Part shown: in pieces, positions 50,231 through 60,816 of the stretch | How the letters are laid out: each line of letters starts with the position of its first letter | Position numbering within the stretch: position 1 is the first letter of the stretch | Assembly (NCBI GenBank): GCA_002304935.1 | Contig: DBPS01000040.1 | Location: 35,675-99,674, forward strand | Source: Candidatus Humimicrobium oleiphilum | GTDB taxonomy: Bacteria > Actinomycetota > Humimicrobiia > Humimicrobiales > Humimicrobiaceae | Direction: 5' to 3' | Length of the DNA stretch: 64,000 nucleotides | The notes under the pieces: generated by a model | Seen by the model: the letters and a program-made list of their open reading frames with translations, nothing else | What the model was told of the DNA's origin: nothing | Databases searched by the model: none | Position numbers and translations under genes: made by a program

Positions 50231-50866
50231 ATGAATACAGACATCAGTGAAAAACAAAAAAAAATCCTTGATTTTATAACAGATTACATCTCGGAATCCA
50301 ATTATCCCCCGACAGTCAGAGAAATAGCTTCAGCAATAGGCCTCAGTTCATCAGCTACGGTTCATGCACATCTTTCCAAACTGGAAAAATTAGGCTATAT
50401 CAAAAAAGTAAAAGGAAGCTCAAGATCTATCGAGGTAATAAAAAATCAATATAATAAAAAAATCGGTTCAGATGAAATCAGTAATAATGTAGTTCTGATT
50501 CCTGTCGTGGGCAACGTAGCAGCCGGAAAGCCTATACTGGCCGAAGAAAATATTGAAGAATATTTCCCAGTGACTAATGATTTTATAAGTGATTTTAATA
50601 ATGTATTCATGCTTAAAGTCAAGGGAGACAGCATGATAAATGCCGGCATACTGGATAGGGATTATATTATTGTACGAAAGCAAAGCATAGCAAGAAACGG
50701 TGAAATTGTAGTAGCTCTTATAGAAGATGAGGCAACTGTCAAAAGATTCTTAAAAACAGATAAGGTAATAAAACTGATTCCGGAAAATGATTATATGAAA
50801 CCGATAACCGTTAAAGATGTAGAGATCGTCGGCAAGGTAATAGGAGTTTTAAGAAAATATTTTTAG
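50231..50866 (+). CDS. lexA: LexA repressor
   Basis: N-terminal winged HTH (TVREIASAIGLSSSATVHAHLSKLEKLGYI). Ala-Gly cleavage site. S24 peptidase Ser/Lys (VKGDSM...K). Confidence 0.9.
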   Translation: MNTDISEKQKKILDFITDYISESNYPPTVREIASAIGLSSSATVHAHLSKLEKLGYIKKVKGSSRSIEVIKNQYNKKIGSDEISNNVVLIPVVGNVAAGKPILAEENIEEYFPVTNDFISDFNNVFMLKVKGDSMINAGILDRDYIIVRKQSIARNGEIVVALIEDEATVKRFLKTDKVIKLIPENDYMKPITVKDVEIVGKVIGVLRKYF

Positions 50867-50873
50867 CATTTTT

Positions 50874-52214
50874 TTATAATTGTGATCTTTCTGTTCTGTT
50901 CAGAGTAACTTTCTTATATTCTTTTGATGCCAGTGAAACAAGCTTGTTAAAAATCCGGTAATTGCATCTTGACTGTATTTTTATAGTATTATTATCATAC
51001 TGTTTGTCTAAAATCATGCAATTTTCATACATGTGCGACTCAAAACTGGCTTCTCCATAAGGTATTTCTACAGTGAATGCAATGTCATTGACAGATATTA
51101 TATGTGTAATAGCGCTTCGAAGTTCTTCAAATCCGGTATGATTTTTTGCAGATATAAAAGCTGAATTCCTGTATTTTATTTTTGCATCATTTATCAATAA
51201 TTTATTGATTGCAATATCTGTTTTATTAAACACTATATAAATCTCTTTATCTTTCACCTGTAATTCATCAAGGACTTTCTTCACGCTTATGATTTGTCTT
51301 TCGTAGTTTGGATTACTTATATCTACAACTATCAGCAATAGGTCTGCTTTTATCACTTCTTCAAGGGTAGATCTGAAAGCAGCTATAAGCTGATGGGGCA
51401 GCTTTTCAATAAAGCCGACTGTATCAGAAATTGAGACCTCTATAAATTCAGATAACTTCAATTTCCTTGTTGTTGAATCAAGCGTGGAAAAAAGCATATC
51501 TTTTTCAAGCACTTCAGAATCAGTAAGAGCGTTTAGCAGGGTTGATTTACCGCTATTCGTATAACCTACAAGAGCAATTTTAAAAATACCTGATTTTTCC
51601 CTTAATTTTCTCTGCGTCGATCTTTGTACAGAGACTTCCTTTATTCTTTTTTCAAGAAGTCTTATCTTTTCTCTTATTTTTCTTCTGTCTGCTTCAAGTT
51701 TTGTTTCTCCCGGTCCTCTGGTTCCGATTCCTCCTCCAAGTCTTGACAACATCACTCCCTTCCCTCTCAGTCTTGGCAGAAGATAGTTAAGCTGAGCAAG
51801 TTCTACCTGTAATTTACCTTCCTTGCTCATGGCTCTTTGTGCAAATATATCCAGTATAAGTGCGGTCCTGTCTATGACTTTTACTTTAAGCTTATCCTGA
51901 AGGTTACCCTGCTGTGTTGGATTTAGCTCATCGTCAAATATTACCAAATCGATGTCTTCTGAAGTGACTATTTCTTCTAATTCTTCCAGTTTTCCTGTGC
52001 TTATATAATATCTTGAATTAATCTTATCCTGTAAATGTGTTACCACTTCAGCAACATATGCACCTGCACTGATAGCAAGATTCTTTAATTCTTCAATATG
52101 ATCTTTTGCATAAGAATCATCTAAAAAATTACTTTCAGGCAAGCTTGAGTATTTTATTTTTAAAAAAACAAGCAAAGATCTTTCTTTTCTAATTTCCGTA
52201 GACTCAAAAGACAT
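50874..52214 (-). CDS. hflX: GTPase HflX
   Basis: [19 protein letters not shown]1 motif plus the HflX N-terminal domain. 446 aa. Confidence 0.85.
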   Translation of the reverse strand: MSFESTEIRKERSLLVFLKIKYSSLPESNFLDDSYAKDHIEELKNLAISAGAYVAEVVTHLQDKINSRYYISTGKLEELEEIVTSEDIDLVIFDDELNPTQQGNLQDKLKVKVIDRTALILDIFAQRAMSKEGKLQVELAQLNYLLPRLRGKGVMLSRLGGGIGTRGPGETKLEADRRKIREKIRLLEKRIKEVSVQRSTQRKLREKSGIFKIALVGYTNSGKSTLLNALTDSEVLEKDMLFSTLDSTTRKLKLSEFIEVSISDTVGFIEKLPHQLIAAFRSTLEEVIKADLLLIVVDISNPNYERQIISVKKVLDELQVKDKEIYIVFNKTDIAINKLLINDAKIKYRNSAFISAKNHTGFEELRSAITHIISVNDIAFTVEIPYGEASFESHMYENCMILDKQYDNNTIKIQSRCNYRIFNKLVSLASKEYKKVTLNRTERSQL

Positions 52215-53370
52215 TTCTCATCCTATCGATTGCTTCTTCAAGCCTTTCATCCGAAATCGTCAGGGAAATCCTGAAAAATCCTTCCCCGCACAAGCCATAT
52301 GCGCTTCCCGGTGTCACTACTACAGATGCCTTGTCAAGAAGCAGCTTGGCAAAAGAAGATGAAGTAAAACCTTCCGGTACTTTTGTCCAGATATAGATAG
52401 TATTGCCTGATTTAAAATAAGACAGGCCTATTTTATCAAGAAGATTCCAGACCTTAAGCCTTCTCCTGCTGTAAGTCTTATTATTTTCTGCTATCAGCTC
52501 ATCATAATTGTCCAGTGCTTTTGCGGCAGCAAGCTGTATTGCATTAAAAACTCCGCTGTCTACATTGGATTTATATTTGCCCAGGCTGCTGATTGCTGAA
52601 GGATTTCCAACAGCAATGCTTATCCTCCATCCTGTCATATTAAAAGATTTAGAAAGAGAGTAAAACTCTATGCCTGTCTCTTTTGAATTCCGGGCATTAA
52701 GAAAACTGACTGGCTTGTTGTCTTCTTCAGAATAAATATCACCATAAGCATTGTCATGGCAGACAAGTATATTATTTTCCAAGGCAAATTCTGCAAGTTT
52801 TTCAAAAAAATCAATACCGCACCCGGCACTTGTTGGATTATTTGGATAATTGGCATGTATTATCTTTGCCTTTTTTGCAGTATCTGAATCTATTTCATCA
52901 AAATCAATCAGATAATTGTTATCCTCTCTCAGAGGTATACTCACAGTGCTTCCGCCTGCAAACATCGTCCCTGTTTTATAAACCGGATAAGAAGGATCAG
53001 GAGCAAGCACTATGTCTCCAGGATTGATGAAAGTATAAGCAATATTGGCAATTCCTTCTTTTGAACCCCATAAAGAAATTACTTCACTTTCCGGATCGAT
53101 TTCAATATTAAATCTTCTTTTATAAAAATTTGCTGCAGCTACCTTCAATGCTTTAAGGCCATAGCTGGAAGGATATCTGTGATTTTCCGGATTATCAGCC
53201 TGTCTCTTTAACTCTTCTACCACGATATCAGGAGTCTTTACATCAGGATCACCTATTCCAAGACTTATGACATCAAAGCCTTTTTCTTTTTTCTTTTTAA
53301 TTATTTCGTCTATTTCCGCAAAAAGATAAGGCGGAATAGATTTCAGTCTTTCAGATTCCTTAAAAATCAT
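52204..53370 (-). CDS. dapL: LL-diaminopimelate aminotransferase (DapL-type class I aminotransferase)
   Basis: [11 protein letters not shown] and [14 protein letters not shown]-terminal signatures. PLP-binding Lys region. Lies directly downstream of dapF. Confidence 0.55.
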   Translation of the reverse strand: MIFKESERLKSIPPYLFAEIDEIIKKKKEKGFDVISLGIGDPDVKTPDIVVEELKRQADNPENHRYPSSYGLKALKVAAANFYKRRFNIEIDPESEVISLWGSKEGIANIAYTFINPGDIVLAPDPSYPVYKTGTMFAGGSTVSIPLREDNNYLIDFDEIDSDTAKKAKIIHANYPNNPTSAGCGIDFFEKLAEFALENNILVCHDNAYGDIYSEEDNKPVSFLNARNSKETGIEFYSLSKSFNMTGWRISIAVGNPSAISSLGKYKSNVDSGVFNAIQLAAAKALDNYDELIAENNKTYSRRRLKVWNLLDKIGLSYFKSGNTIYIWTKVPEGFTSSSFAKLLLDKASVVVTPGSAYGLCGEGFFRISLTISDERLEEAIDRMRNVF

Positions 53371-53384
53371 TAATTATTTTCCTT

Positions 53385-54323
53385 TCATGCAATATTGTCA
53401 AAAAAATAACTGCCGTCAAAAATGTAGTCGACTTTACCCTTGAGAAAAATACTGTCTGATTGTTTGCCTGACCATTTTATAAACAATCTTCCACCTTCAA
53501 GATTCACAACTGTTTCTCCGGGTTTTACCTTTTCAAGTACAACTGCAGCTGCCACAGATGCACAGGCACCTGTCCCACAGGCAAGAGTTTCTCCGCATCC
53601 CCTTTCCCAGACGCGCATGGATATCTCGCTGTCTGATAAAACTTTTATGAATTCCACATTGGTTTTTTTGGGAAAAATCAAAAAGTTTTCTATTTCCGGT
53701 CCGATTTTACATAAATCCATGTCTTTAAGGTTTTCGTTTTCAGAAATAAATATTACACAGTGAGGATTGCCCATGGAAAGACAGTTTAATTCATATAATT
53801 TCCCTGATATATTATATTTTTTTCTTAAAAACAAATCTTCCCTTGTTTTAAAATCCCCGTAAAAATCATTATTATTTTCTTCAGTTAAAAGCATGTCTTG
53901 CGCAGCTTCAGGTTTTACCGGAATTTTTCCATATTCAAATATAGGAGAATTCATATCTGCCTCTATCATTCCGACTTTGTTGCTTTCCAGCAACTGAAGT
54001 TTTATTTTTTTAATTCCTGCCCTTGTTTCTATTAATATTTCATTCTTTTTGAGTATATTTTTTTCAAAAGCAAACCTTGCCATGCATCTGATCCCATTTC
54101 CGCACATTTCAGCTATCGTACCGTCACTGTTATAATAATCCATAAAAAGATCTGCAGATTTTGATTTTCGGACAATTATTACACCGTCAGCTCCGATACC
54201 AAAATGTCTGTCGCATAATTTTCTTATCTGACTTTCCTGAAAAGAATATTCTTTTTTTACAGAATCGATAAGAATAAAATCATTTCCCTGTCCTGTTAGC
54301 TTTGAAAATTCAACCTCATTCAT
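53385..54323 (-). CDS. dapF: diaminopimelate epimerase
   Basis: GQGNDFILID and GNPHCVIF catalytic Cys motifs. 312 aa, with a low-complexity insertion. Confidence 0.85.
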   Translation of the reverse strand: MNEVEFSKLTGQGNDFILIDSVKKEYSFQESQIRKLCDRHFGIGADGVIIVRKSKSADLFMDYYNSDGTIAEMCGNGIRCMARFAFEKNILKKNEILIETRAGIKKIKLQLLESNKVGMIEADMNSPIFEYGKIPVKPEAAQDMLLTEENNNDFYGDFKTREDLFLRKKYNISGKLYELNCLSMGNPHCVIFISENENLKDMDLCKIGPEIENFLIFPKKTNVEFIKVLSDSEISMRVWERGCGETLACGTGACASVAAAVVLEKVKPGETVVNLEGGRLFIKWSGKQSDSIFLKGKVDYIFDGSYFFDNIA

Positions 54324-55326
54324 GATCCACCTTCAAATTTATTATATTTAAAATATCTCTCATTATTTCTTTTATATCGGAATTAAATCCTGAATCGATC
54401 CAGTTTATCCGACTATCAGCTTTAAACCATGTTAATTGCTTTTTTGCAAGATGTCTTGTATTTTTTTTAATCTCTTCAATAGATTCATCCAGAGTTATTT
54501 CTCCGTCAAGATATCTGACCAGTTCTTTATAACCTATTGCCTGAGTAATGCTATTACATTTTGAATAACCTTTTTCATAAAGTGCCCTCACTTCATCCAG
54601 GAGGCCTTTCTCAATCATTTCGTTTACTCTTTTATCGATATTACCATACAAATATTTTCTCTCGGTATTCAAACCTATCATAACACAATCATAAATTGAT
54701 TTTCTCTTATTCCAGTTTATTAAATAATCAGAGAATTTTCTATTTGTGCCGTAGAATACCTCCAACGCTCTTACAATTCTTCTCTCATCGTTTTTACTTA
54801 TCTTTAAAGCATATTCCCTATCAATTTTTATTAATTCATCATAATAATAATCAAGACCTTTTATTTTTATTTTTTCTTTTATTTCTTTTTTTAATTCATA
54901 TCCAGGATCAGGGGCATACATCAGGTCATCAATTATTGCTCTTATATGAAGTCCGGAACCTCCTGCTAACAAAGGTATCTTACCCCTATTAAAAAAATCT
55001 TCTTTTATTATTTTTCGTGCAATATCCCTGAATTCCACAGCAGTCAGCCTGTAATCAGGCTCGCAGATATTTATCATAAATTGTTTTACTGAAAATTTTT
55101 CAAGATCCTGTTTATCGGTCCCTATATCCATATACCTGAATGCCTGCATTGAATCTGCTGATATAATATCTGTATTTAAAAGTAAAGCCAGATTTAAAGC
55201 TGTTTTTGTTTTTCCGCTGCAGGTAGGACCGCAAATTATTATTACCGTTTTATTTTCGGTAAGTTTTTCTTTAAGAATTTTTAGTTCTTCTTTTGAAATT
55301 AATCCATATATCAGAGAATTATCCAA
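54316..55326 (-). CDS. miaA: tRNA dimethylallyltransferase
   Basis: P-loop IIICGPTCSGKT plus the MiaA family core. Confidence 0.85.
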   Translation of the reverse strand: MDNSLIYGLISKEELKILKEKLTENKTVIIICGPTCSGKTKTALNLALLLNTDIISADSMQAFRYMDIGTDKQDLEKFSVKQFMINICEPDYRLTAVEFRDIARKIIKEDFFNRGKIPLLAGGSGLHIRAIIDDLMYAPDPGYELKKEIKEKIKIKGLDYYYDELIKIDREYALKISKNDERRIVRALEVFYGTNRKFSDYLINWNKRKSIYDCVMIGLNTERKYLYGNIDKRVNEMIEKGLLDEVRALYEKGYSKCNSITQAIGYKELVRYLDGEITLDESIEEIKKNTRHLAKKQLTWFKADSRINWIDSGFNSDIKEIMRDILNIINLKVDHE

Positions 55327-55348
55327 TCATAAATTCCTTTAAGATATA

Positions 55349-56659
55349 TTATATTTTTATACCTTTTAGATAAAATGATTTTGCATCAGTAATTTTTAAA
55401 TTTATAAACTTTCCTATAATATCATTTTCATTATATTCAAAATTAACAAGAGTGCTGTCTTCAAGTCTTCCTTCAAATGTTCCTTTGGGACCTTTACCTT
55501 CTACTAAAACCTCATACCTATTCCCTATTTTACACTGATTCCTTTCAAAGGAAATCTTATTCTGGACATCGACTAGTTCTTTAAAAAAGTATTTTTTCAT
55601 TTTTAAAGACATTCTGTCATCAAATTCTGCTGCTTTTGTTCCTTCTCTTTTTGAATATATAAATGTAAAAGCTCTGTCAAAACGTATTCTTTGTACCATA
55701 TCAAGGGTATCGTAGAAGTCTTTTTCTTCTTCACCAGGAAAACCGACAATAATATCAGTAGTAATCGCACAATTATCAATATTTTTCCTAATCTGCTCTG
55801 TAAGTTTTAAAAAGCTATCTCTTGTATAGTGTCTGTTCATCAATTTTAAAATTCTGTCTGAGCCTGACTGAAGCGGTAAATGAATATGAGGCATGATATT
55901 GTCTCTGGATGCAATTATATCTATCAGATCAGATGAAAGATCCTTTGGATGACTTGTCATAAATCTTATCCTCTTTAACCCCCTTATTTCAGAAATATCT
56001 GCGAGTATCTCTGAAAATGTTACAATATTTTCAAGATCCTTGCCGTAAGAATTCACATTCTGGCCTACGAGAGTTACTTCTGCTACACCTGTTTGGACTA
56101 ATCTTTTAATGTTTTCCAAAATAAGTTCTGGCTTTATTGATATTTCTTTTCCTCTTACAAAAGGCACTATGCAGTATGAACAAAAATTATTACACCCTAT
56201 TGAGATAGGAATATAAGATTTAAAGTCATATGTTTTTTTGAATTTTTTAAGATCATAATCAAAGCCTTCTTCAGAAATGCTGCATATCTTTTTATTGTCT
56301 TTTAATCTTTTTTCAATTATTAAGGGCAGACTGGAAATATTGTGAGTGCCAAAAACTATATCTACAAATGGAAAATCATCGAGTATCTGCTCTTTCAGGT
56401 TCTGGGCAGTGCACCCGCCAACGCATATAAGCATGCTTGAATTTTTTATTTTATATTCTTTATATCTGCCAAGGTGGCCATAAAGCTTGTTCTTTGCTTT
56501 TTCTCTTACAGCACATGTATTAATAATTATAAGGTCCGATATTCCGGGGTTATTTTCTCTTTTATAACCCATTTGTTTAAGAATGAATTCAATTCTTTCA
56601 GAGTCAAATTCATTCATCTGGCAGCCGAATGTTTCAATATAATATTTTTTCATAACCAA
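55349..56659 (-). CDS. miaB: tRNA-i6A37 methylthiotransferase (MiaB family: radical SAM plus TRAM)
   Basis: N-terminal MTTase domain (YIETFGCQMN), radical SAM CNNFCSYC and a TRAM domain. Adjacent to miaA. Confidence 0.75.
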   Translation of the reverse strand: MVMKKYYIETFGCQMNEFDSERIEFILKQMGYKRENNPGISDLIIINTCAVREKAKNKLYGHLGRYKEYKIKNSSMLICVGGCTAQNLKEQILDDFPFVDIVFGTHNISSLPLIIEKRLKDNKKICSISEEGFDYDLKKFKKTYDFKSYIPISIGCNNFCSYCIVPFVRGKEISIKPELILENIKRLVQTGVAEVTLVGQNVNSYGKDLENIVTFSEILADISEIRGLKRIRFMTSHPKDLSSDLIDIIASRDNIMPHIHLPLQSGSDRILKLMNRHYTRDSFLKLTEQIRKNIDNCAITTDIIVGFPGEEEKDFYDTLDMVQRIRFDRAFTFIYSKREGTKAAEFDDRMSLKMKKYFFKELVDVQNKISFERNQCKIGNRYEVLVEGKGPKGTFEGRLEDSTLVNFEYNENDIIGKFINLKITDAKSFYLKGIKI

Positions 56660-56697
56660 TGATTTTAATAGATGTAATAGTTGAAGGCAATATGCAG

Positions 56698-56967
56698 TTA
56701 TTCCATCGGCTTGGTTTCAACAGTCAGGACAATAGCTGTTTTTATTTCTCCATTAACTTCAATATCCTTAAAAAAAGGAATACATATCACTTCTTTACCT
56801 GTTGGCGCTATATAGCCTCTTGCAATCGCTATACCTTTTATTGTCTGGTTTAAGGCAGCCGCACCAATAGTCTGTAGCTGGACTCTTCCTTCTTCTCTTA
56901 TTATACCTGCTATTGCCCCTGCTATTGAATTAGGCCTTGTATTGGCAGAAACTTTAAGTATTTTCAT
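56698..56967 (-). CDS. spoVS: SpoVS-family protein
   Basis: MKILKVSANTRPNSIAGAIAGIIREEGRVQLQTIGAAALNQTIKGIAIARGYIAP is a close match to SpoVS. 89 aa. Confidence 0.85.
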   Translation of the reverse strand: MKILKVSANTRPNSIAGAIAGIIREEGRVQLQTIGAAALNQTIKGIAIARGYIAPTGKEVICIPFFKDIEVNGEIKTAIVLTVETKPME

Positions 56968-56975
56968 TTTTACAA

Positions 56976-58133
56976 TCAGTTTATTTCTTCGAGTTCTATG
57001 TTAATTTGTATGTTATTATTATTTCTCTTAACTATAAAATTATCGCTAGCTTTGATAAGATGTTTTTGTCCTTCTTTATTTATTCTTTCAACCAATACAT
57101 TCATTATATACTTAATTTCCTCATCTTCAAATCTTGAAGATAATTTCTGATCTTCATATATCTTTAAAATATATTTTTCTTTCTCTTTGTTTTTTTCATT
57201 GTCCTCAATTAATCCATTATTTTTTTTCTGGTTTAAATGTACCAGCTGCTCGAGGTTTATGGGATTTAAAGGTTCAAATTCTTCATAAATAATCCTCTGA
57301 ATATTTCTGTCTGATATGTTCATATTGAAAAAACTGCTGCATATGCTTGAAAGGACATTGTAATTATTTGTCAGACACGGATAATAAACCAGTTTCAGAT
57401 TTTTGCTCATTTTTATATATTTTTCAACTTCTTCAAAATCATTAAATTTTGGCAGAGAATCAAATAATTGTAGTGATTTTGCATTATTTCTCATGCTTGA
57501 TATGATCTGTGAAGGTGCTCCATAAAAAAGATTTACCTGCTGGTTCTGAAGCTTGAATTCTACAAGGTTTTTCGGAATGTTATTTAATCCCCCTATTATG
57601 CTTATATTGCCGTCAAGCTCTACAATCTGCGGAAAAACTGACTGGTCTTTTTTTTCAGGGATACTTGAAAGATCAACTCTTAGAAAAAATGAACTCCCGG
57701 CATTAATATTGGAAAAAGTAAGAAAAATCTCTTCTACATTCAGTTTGATTGAAAATAAAGCCATACCCCTGCCATGAAACCCATAAATATCTTTATGTGC
57801 ATTTTCAAGTTTTGAAGTTACCCTTGCCTCAAAAATGAGATTTTGCAGATTTAAAGGAATACCTTTACCGTCATCAATAAAATGTATTATTCTTTCTGAA
57901 TCTCCGGCTTTTTTTGTGGCTATATAAATATTTGCTGATTCAGCATCTCTGCTGTTCCTTAATAGTTCTACAATAATATCTTCAACACACTTGATATCCT
58001 GAAGAGCCTGCCTTCTTTCAGCTTCGGAAATCCTTAATCTTACATAACCGCTTCCAAGATCCTGTTCAATATTCTCAATATTTTTTAGCCCTAATTCAGA
58101 TAAAAAATTTTTTATATCTGAATTATTTTGCAT
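56976..58133 (-). CDS. GHKL (Bergerat-fold) ATPase of unknown function, with MutL/MORC-type N-box
   Basis: N-box ELLRNSRDAES, G1 box IDDGKGIP, G2 box GFHGRGMALFS. There is no HisKA domain and no TM segment. The ~230-aa C-terminal part has no recognisable domain. Overlaps the rny stop codon by 11 nt. Confidence 0.55.
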   Translation of the reverse strand: MQNNSDIKNFLSELGLKNIENIEQDLGSGYVRLRISEAERRQALQDIKCVEDIIVELLRNSRDAESANIYIATKKAGDSERIIHFIDDGKGIPLNLQNLIFEARVTSKLENAHKDIYGFHGRGMALFSIKLNVEEIFLTFSNINAGSSFFLRVDLSSIPEKKDQSVFPQIVELDGNISIIGGLNNIPKNLVEFKLQNQQVNLFYGAPSQIISSMRNNAKSLQLFDSLPKFNDFEEVEKYIKMSKNLKLVYYPCLTNNYNVLSSICSSFFNMNISDRNIQRIIYEEFEPLNPINLEQLVHLNQKKNNGLIEDNEKNKEKEKYILKIYEDQKLSSRFEDEEIKYIMNVLVERINKEGQKHLIKASDNFIVKRNNNNIQINIELEEIN

Positions 58134-59688
58134 AATCTACAGCACGACTTTCTCTTATAACCGTTACTTTTATCTGACCGGGGTATTCCATTTCGCTTTC
58201 AATCTTTCTCGCGATATCTTTTGCAAGAATTAATGAAAGATCATCATTTATTTCATCAGGTTTAACAATTACCCTGATCTCTCTTCCAGCCTGAATTGCA
58301 TAAGCTTTTTCGATGCCTTTAAAATCTGTGGCTATTTTTTCCAGGCTTTCAAGTCTCTTTATATAGCTTTCAAGCGTTTCTCTTCTTGCTCCGGGTCTTG
58401 CGCCGGAAATAGCATCTGCAACCTGCACTATTATATCAAGAAGGGTTTCTGTTTCAATTTCACCATGATGGGCTTCTATTGAATGGACGATCTCTCCATC
58501 CTCATGAAGCCTCTTTGCCAGTTCAGCTCCAATTAATGCATGTGATCCTTCTATGTCATGCGTAAGAGCTTTACCTATATCATGTAAAAGTCCCGCTCTT
58601 TTTGCTTTCTTTACATTTGTTCCTAATTCAGAAGCAATGATTCCTGCTACAAAAGCAACCTCTTTTGAATGCATTAGTACATTCTGGCCGTAGCTTGTCC
58701 TGTATTTAAGTCGTCCGAGTACTTTTATAAGACCTGGATTTATTTCTGAAATCCCCGTATCAAATATCGCCTGTTCCCCTTCGACTTTTATTTCATTATT
58801 TATAAGTTTGCTAGCTTTTTCATACATTTCTTCAATTCTTGCAGGGTGTATCCTTCCGTCAATTATTAAATTTTCAAGAGTCACTCTGGCGATTTCTCTT
58901 CTGACAGGGTCAAATGATGACAGGATGACAGCTTCAGGAGTATCATCTACTATTATGTTTATACCTGTAAGATTCTCAAAAACCCTTATATTCCTGCCTT
59001 CTCTCCCGATTATTCTTCCTTTCATCTCATCATTGGGAAGGTTTACAACAGATACTGTTGTCTCTGCAACATGTTCCACTGAACATCTTTGTATCGCCTG
59101 TGCTATGATTTTTCTGGCTATTTTATCTGATTCTTCTTTTGTCTGGGCTTCAATCTTTTTTATTTCTTTTACTGACTCGTATTTTGCTTCTTCTTCCATC
59201 TTCTTTAAAAGAATTGCTTTTGCTTCTTCTCTTGTAAGTTCTGCTATTGCTTCGAGTCTCAGTAATTCCTTTTTCAATATTTCTTCAAGTGAATTCTTAG
59301 TTTCATCGATTTCCTTTTCTTTGTTCACTATCGTCTGTTCTCTTTTTTCAAGAAAAGAAATTTTCTTTTCAATAGTTTCTTCTTTTGATAAAATCCTGTT
59401 TTCCAGTTTCTGAAGTTCAAATCTCTGTCTTTTGATATCTTCATCAGATCTTAATTTAATATTTGCAATTTCTTCTTTACCTTCTGCAATTGCTTCCTTT
59501 TTTAAGGTCTGCGATTCTTTTTTGGCATCTTCTACTATTCTTTTTGCATTTTGCTCAGCAGAGTTAACTTTGGCATCAACCAGTATTTTACGGTAATAAA
59601 ATCCACCTATAAAACCTGCAACAAGAATAACGGCTCCTATACCAATAATTTTCATTACTTCTAGCAACATCAGCATCAATCCTTTCAT
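58123..59688 (-). CDS. rny: ribonuclease Y
   Basis: N-terminal TM helix, coiled coil, KH domain and HD domain (LLHDIGKA). 521 aa. Confidence 0.9.
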   Translation of the reverse strand: MKGLMLMLLEVMKIIGIGAVILVAGFIGGFYYRKILVDAKVNSAEQNAKRIVEDAKKESQTLKKEAIAEGKEEIANIKLRSDEDIKRQRFELQKLENRILSKEETIEKKISFLEKREQTIVNKEKEIDETKNSLEEILKKELLRLEAIAELTREEAKAILLKKMEEEAKYESVKEIKKIEAQTKEESDKIARKIIAQAIQRCSVEHVAETTVSVVNLPNDEMKGRIIGREGRNIRVFENLTGINIIVDDTPEAVILSSFDPVRREIARVTLENLIIDGRIHPARIEEMYEKASKLINNEIKVEGEQAIFDTGISEINPGLIKVLGRLKYRTSYGQNVLMHSKEVAFVAGIIASELGTNVKKAKRAGLLHDIGKALTHDIEGSHALIGAELAKRLHEDGEIVHSIEAHHGEIETETLLDIIVQVADAISGARPGARRETLESYIKRLESLEKIATDFKGIEKAYAIQAGREIRVIVKPDEINDDLSLILAKDIARKIESEMEYPGQIKVTVIRESRAVDYAK

Positions 59689-59992
59689 AAAAAAAACCGA
59701 GCATATCTTTGCCCGATTTTATATTGCACAATATTTGTTAAAAATTATATATTAAATTTTAAATATATCTTCCCTATATATTTATCAGTTAAAATTAATA
59801 TTTAAATTTTTCTTTATCATATTTATATAAAAATTAACTCAGCTTCTTCTAAAAAACTTTTAAATATAAACAATTAGATAAAGCCGATAAGTGCAAAATA
59901 AAAAATCAAGCAAATATAATTATAATAAATTTTAAAAATATTTTATATTTTAGCACAGATTTAGTCAAGAATATAAGATTACCAACATCTGC

Positions 59993-60337
59993 TTAAACAT
60001 CTATAGACAATATTCTTATGTCATCAGCAGGAATTATTTTTATATTCCTGCTATTGCATGACTTACAATTCCCCGGTCTTTTTAGGGATATTTCAAATTC
60101 AGCTCCGCAATCAGTACACACAGCTCTTAAAATATCTTTTTTAAATACAAGTCTGCAATCTTTAAATAAAGGATTATCTTTAGTTAAAAATTTGAAATAA
60201 AACTTAAGTGACTCTTTTTCAATACCCCCCATAGGATTTAAAATCAGCCTTATTTTCTTTATTCTTTTTAACTTTCTATCATCAGCTATTTTGCCAAGTA
60301 TCGATAATATGGAATTTGTAATTGAAAATTCGTGCAT
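59993..60337 (-). CDS. hypA: hydrogenase nickel-incorporation protein HypA
   Basis: N-terminus MHEFSITNSIL. Zinc motifs CTDCG...CKSCNS. 114 aa. Confidence 0.8.
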   Translation of the reverse strand: MHEFSITNSILSILGKIADDRKLKRIKKIRLILNPMGGIEKESLKFYFKFLTKDNPLFKDCRLVFKKDILRAVCTDCGAEFEISLKRPGNCKSCNSRNIKIIPADDIRILSIDV

Positions 60338-60348
60338 TATTTTAATTG

Positions 60349-60816
60349 TCAGGCATTAAAAAACTCTGTTATTTTTTTTTCTGTTTTTTCTACTATATCT
60401 TCAAACACCGATTTCATTCCATTAGATATTTCTGATGATAAAGTTTTGATTTCAAAAGGAGAAATACCTATTATTATCATCTCCGGCAAGTCATTTGGGA
60501 TTGAAAGGATTCTTAATGCATCAATAAATTTAAGCTGGTGCAGTGAATAGTTGTTAACGTTTATTTTTTTTTGCAGATCTTCCAGTTTAAGGCTATAAAC
60601 ACAGCCCGGTTCAGAATCTTTTGCTAATATACAGTCGATAACTACCATTTTTTTTATTCCAGGATTCAGATAATAATCAATTTCCATTGAAGAGCTGCCT
60701 AAATCTGCATATATCGTATCTTTTAATTTATTTCTTTTTTCCAGCTCTCTGACTAAATGTATACCTATCCCTTCATCAGTAAATAAGATATTTCCAAGAC
60801 CAATGACAATATTCAT
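60349..60816 (-). CDS. hyaD: hydrogenase maturation endopeptidase (HyaD/HybD family)
   Basis: MNIVIGLGNILFTDEGIGIHLVRELE. 155 aa. Confidence 0.8.
   Translation of the reverse strand: MNIVIGLGNILFTDEGIGIHLVRELEKRNKLKDTIYADLGSSSMEIDYYLNPGIKKMVVIDCILAKDSEPGCVYSLKLEDLQKKINVNNYSLHQLKFIDALRILSIPNDLPEMIIIGISPFEIKTLSSEISNGMKSVFEDIVEKTEKKITEFFNA

Noticed and set aside
56698-56967. SpoVS as evidence for endospore formation
   Set aside because: SpoVS homologs are widespread in non-sporulating lineages. No other sporulation-specific gene is present in the window.
59689-59992. 300-bp ORF-free AT-rich region between hypA and rny as a possible sRNA or novel element
   Set aside because: No conserved structure, repeats or promoter/terminator pair was discernible by eye. 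It is most simply the rny promoter and leader region.
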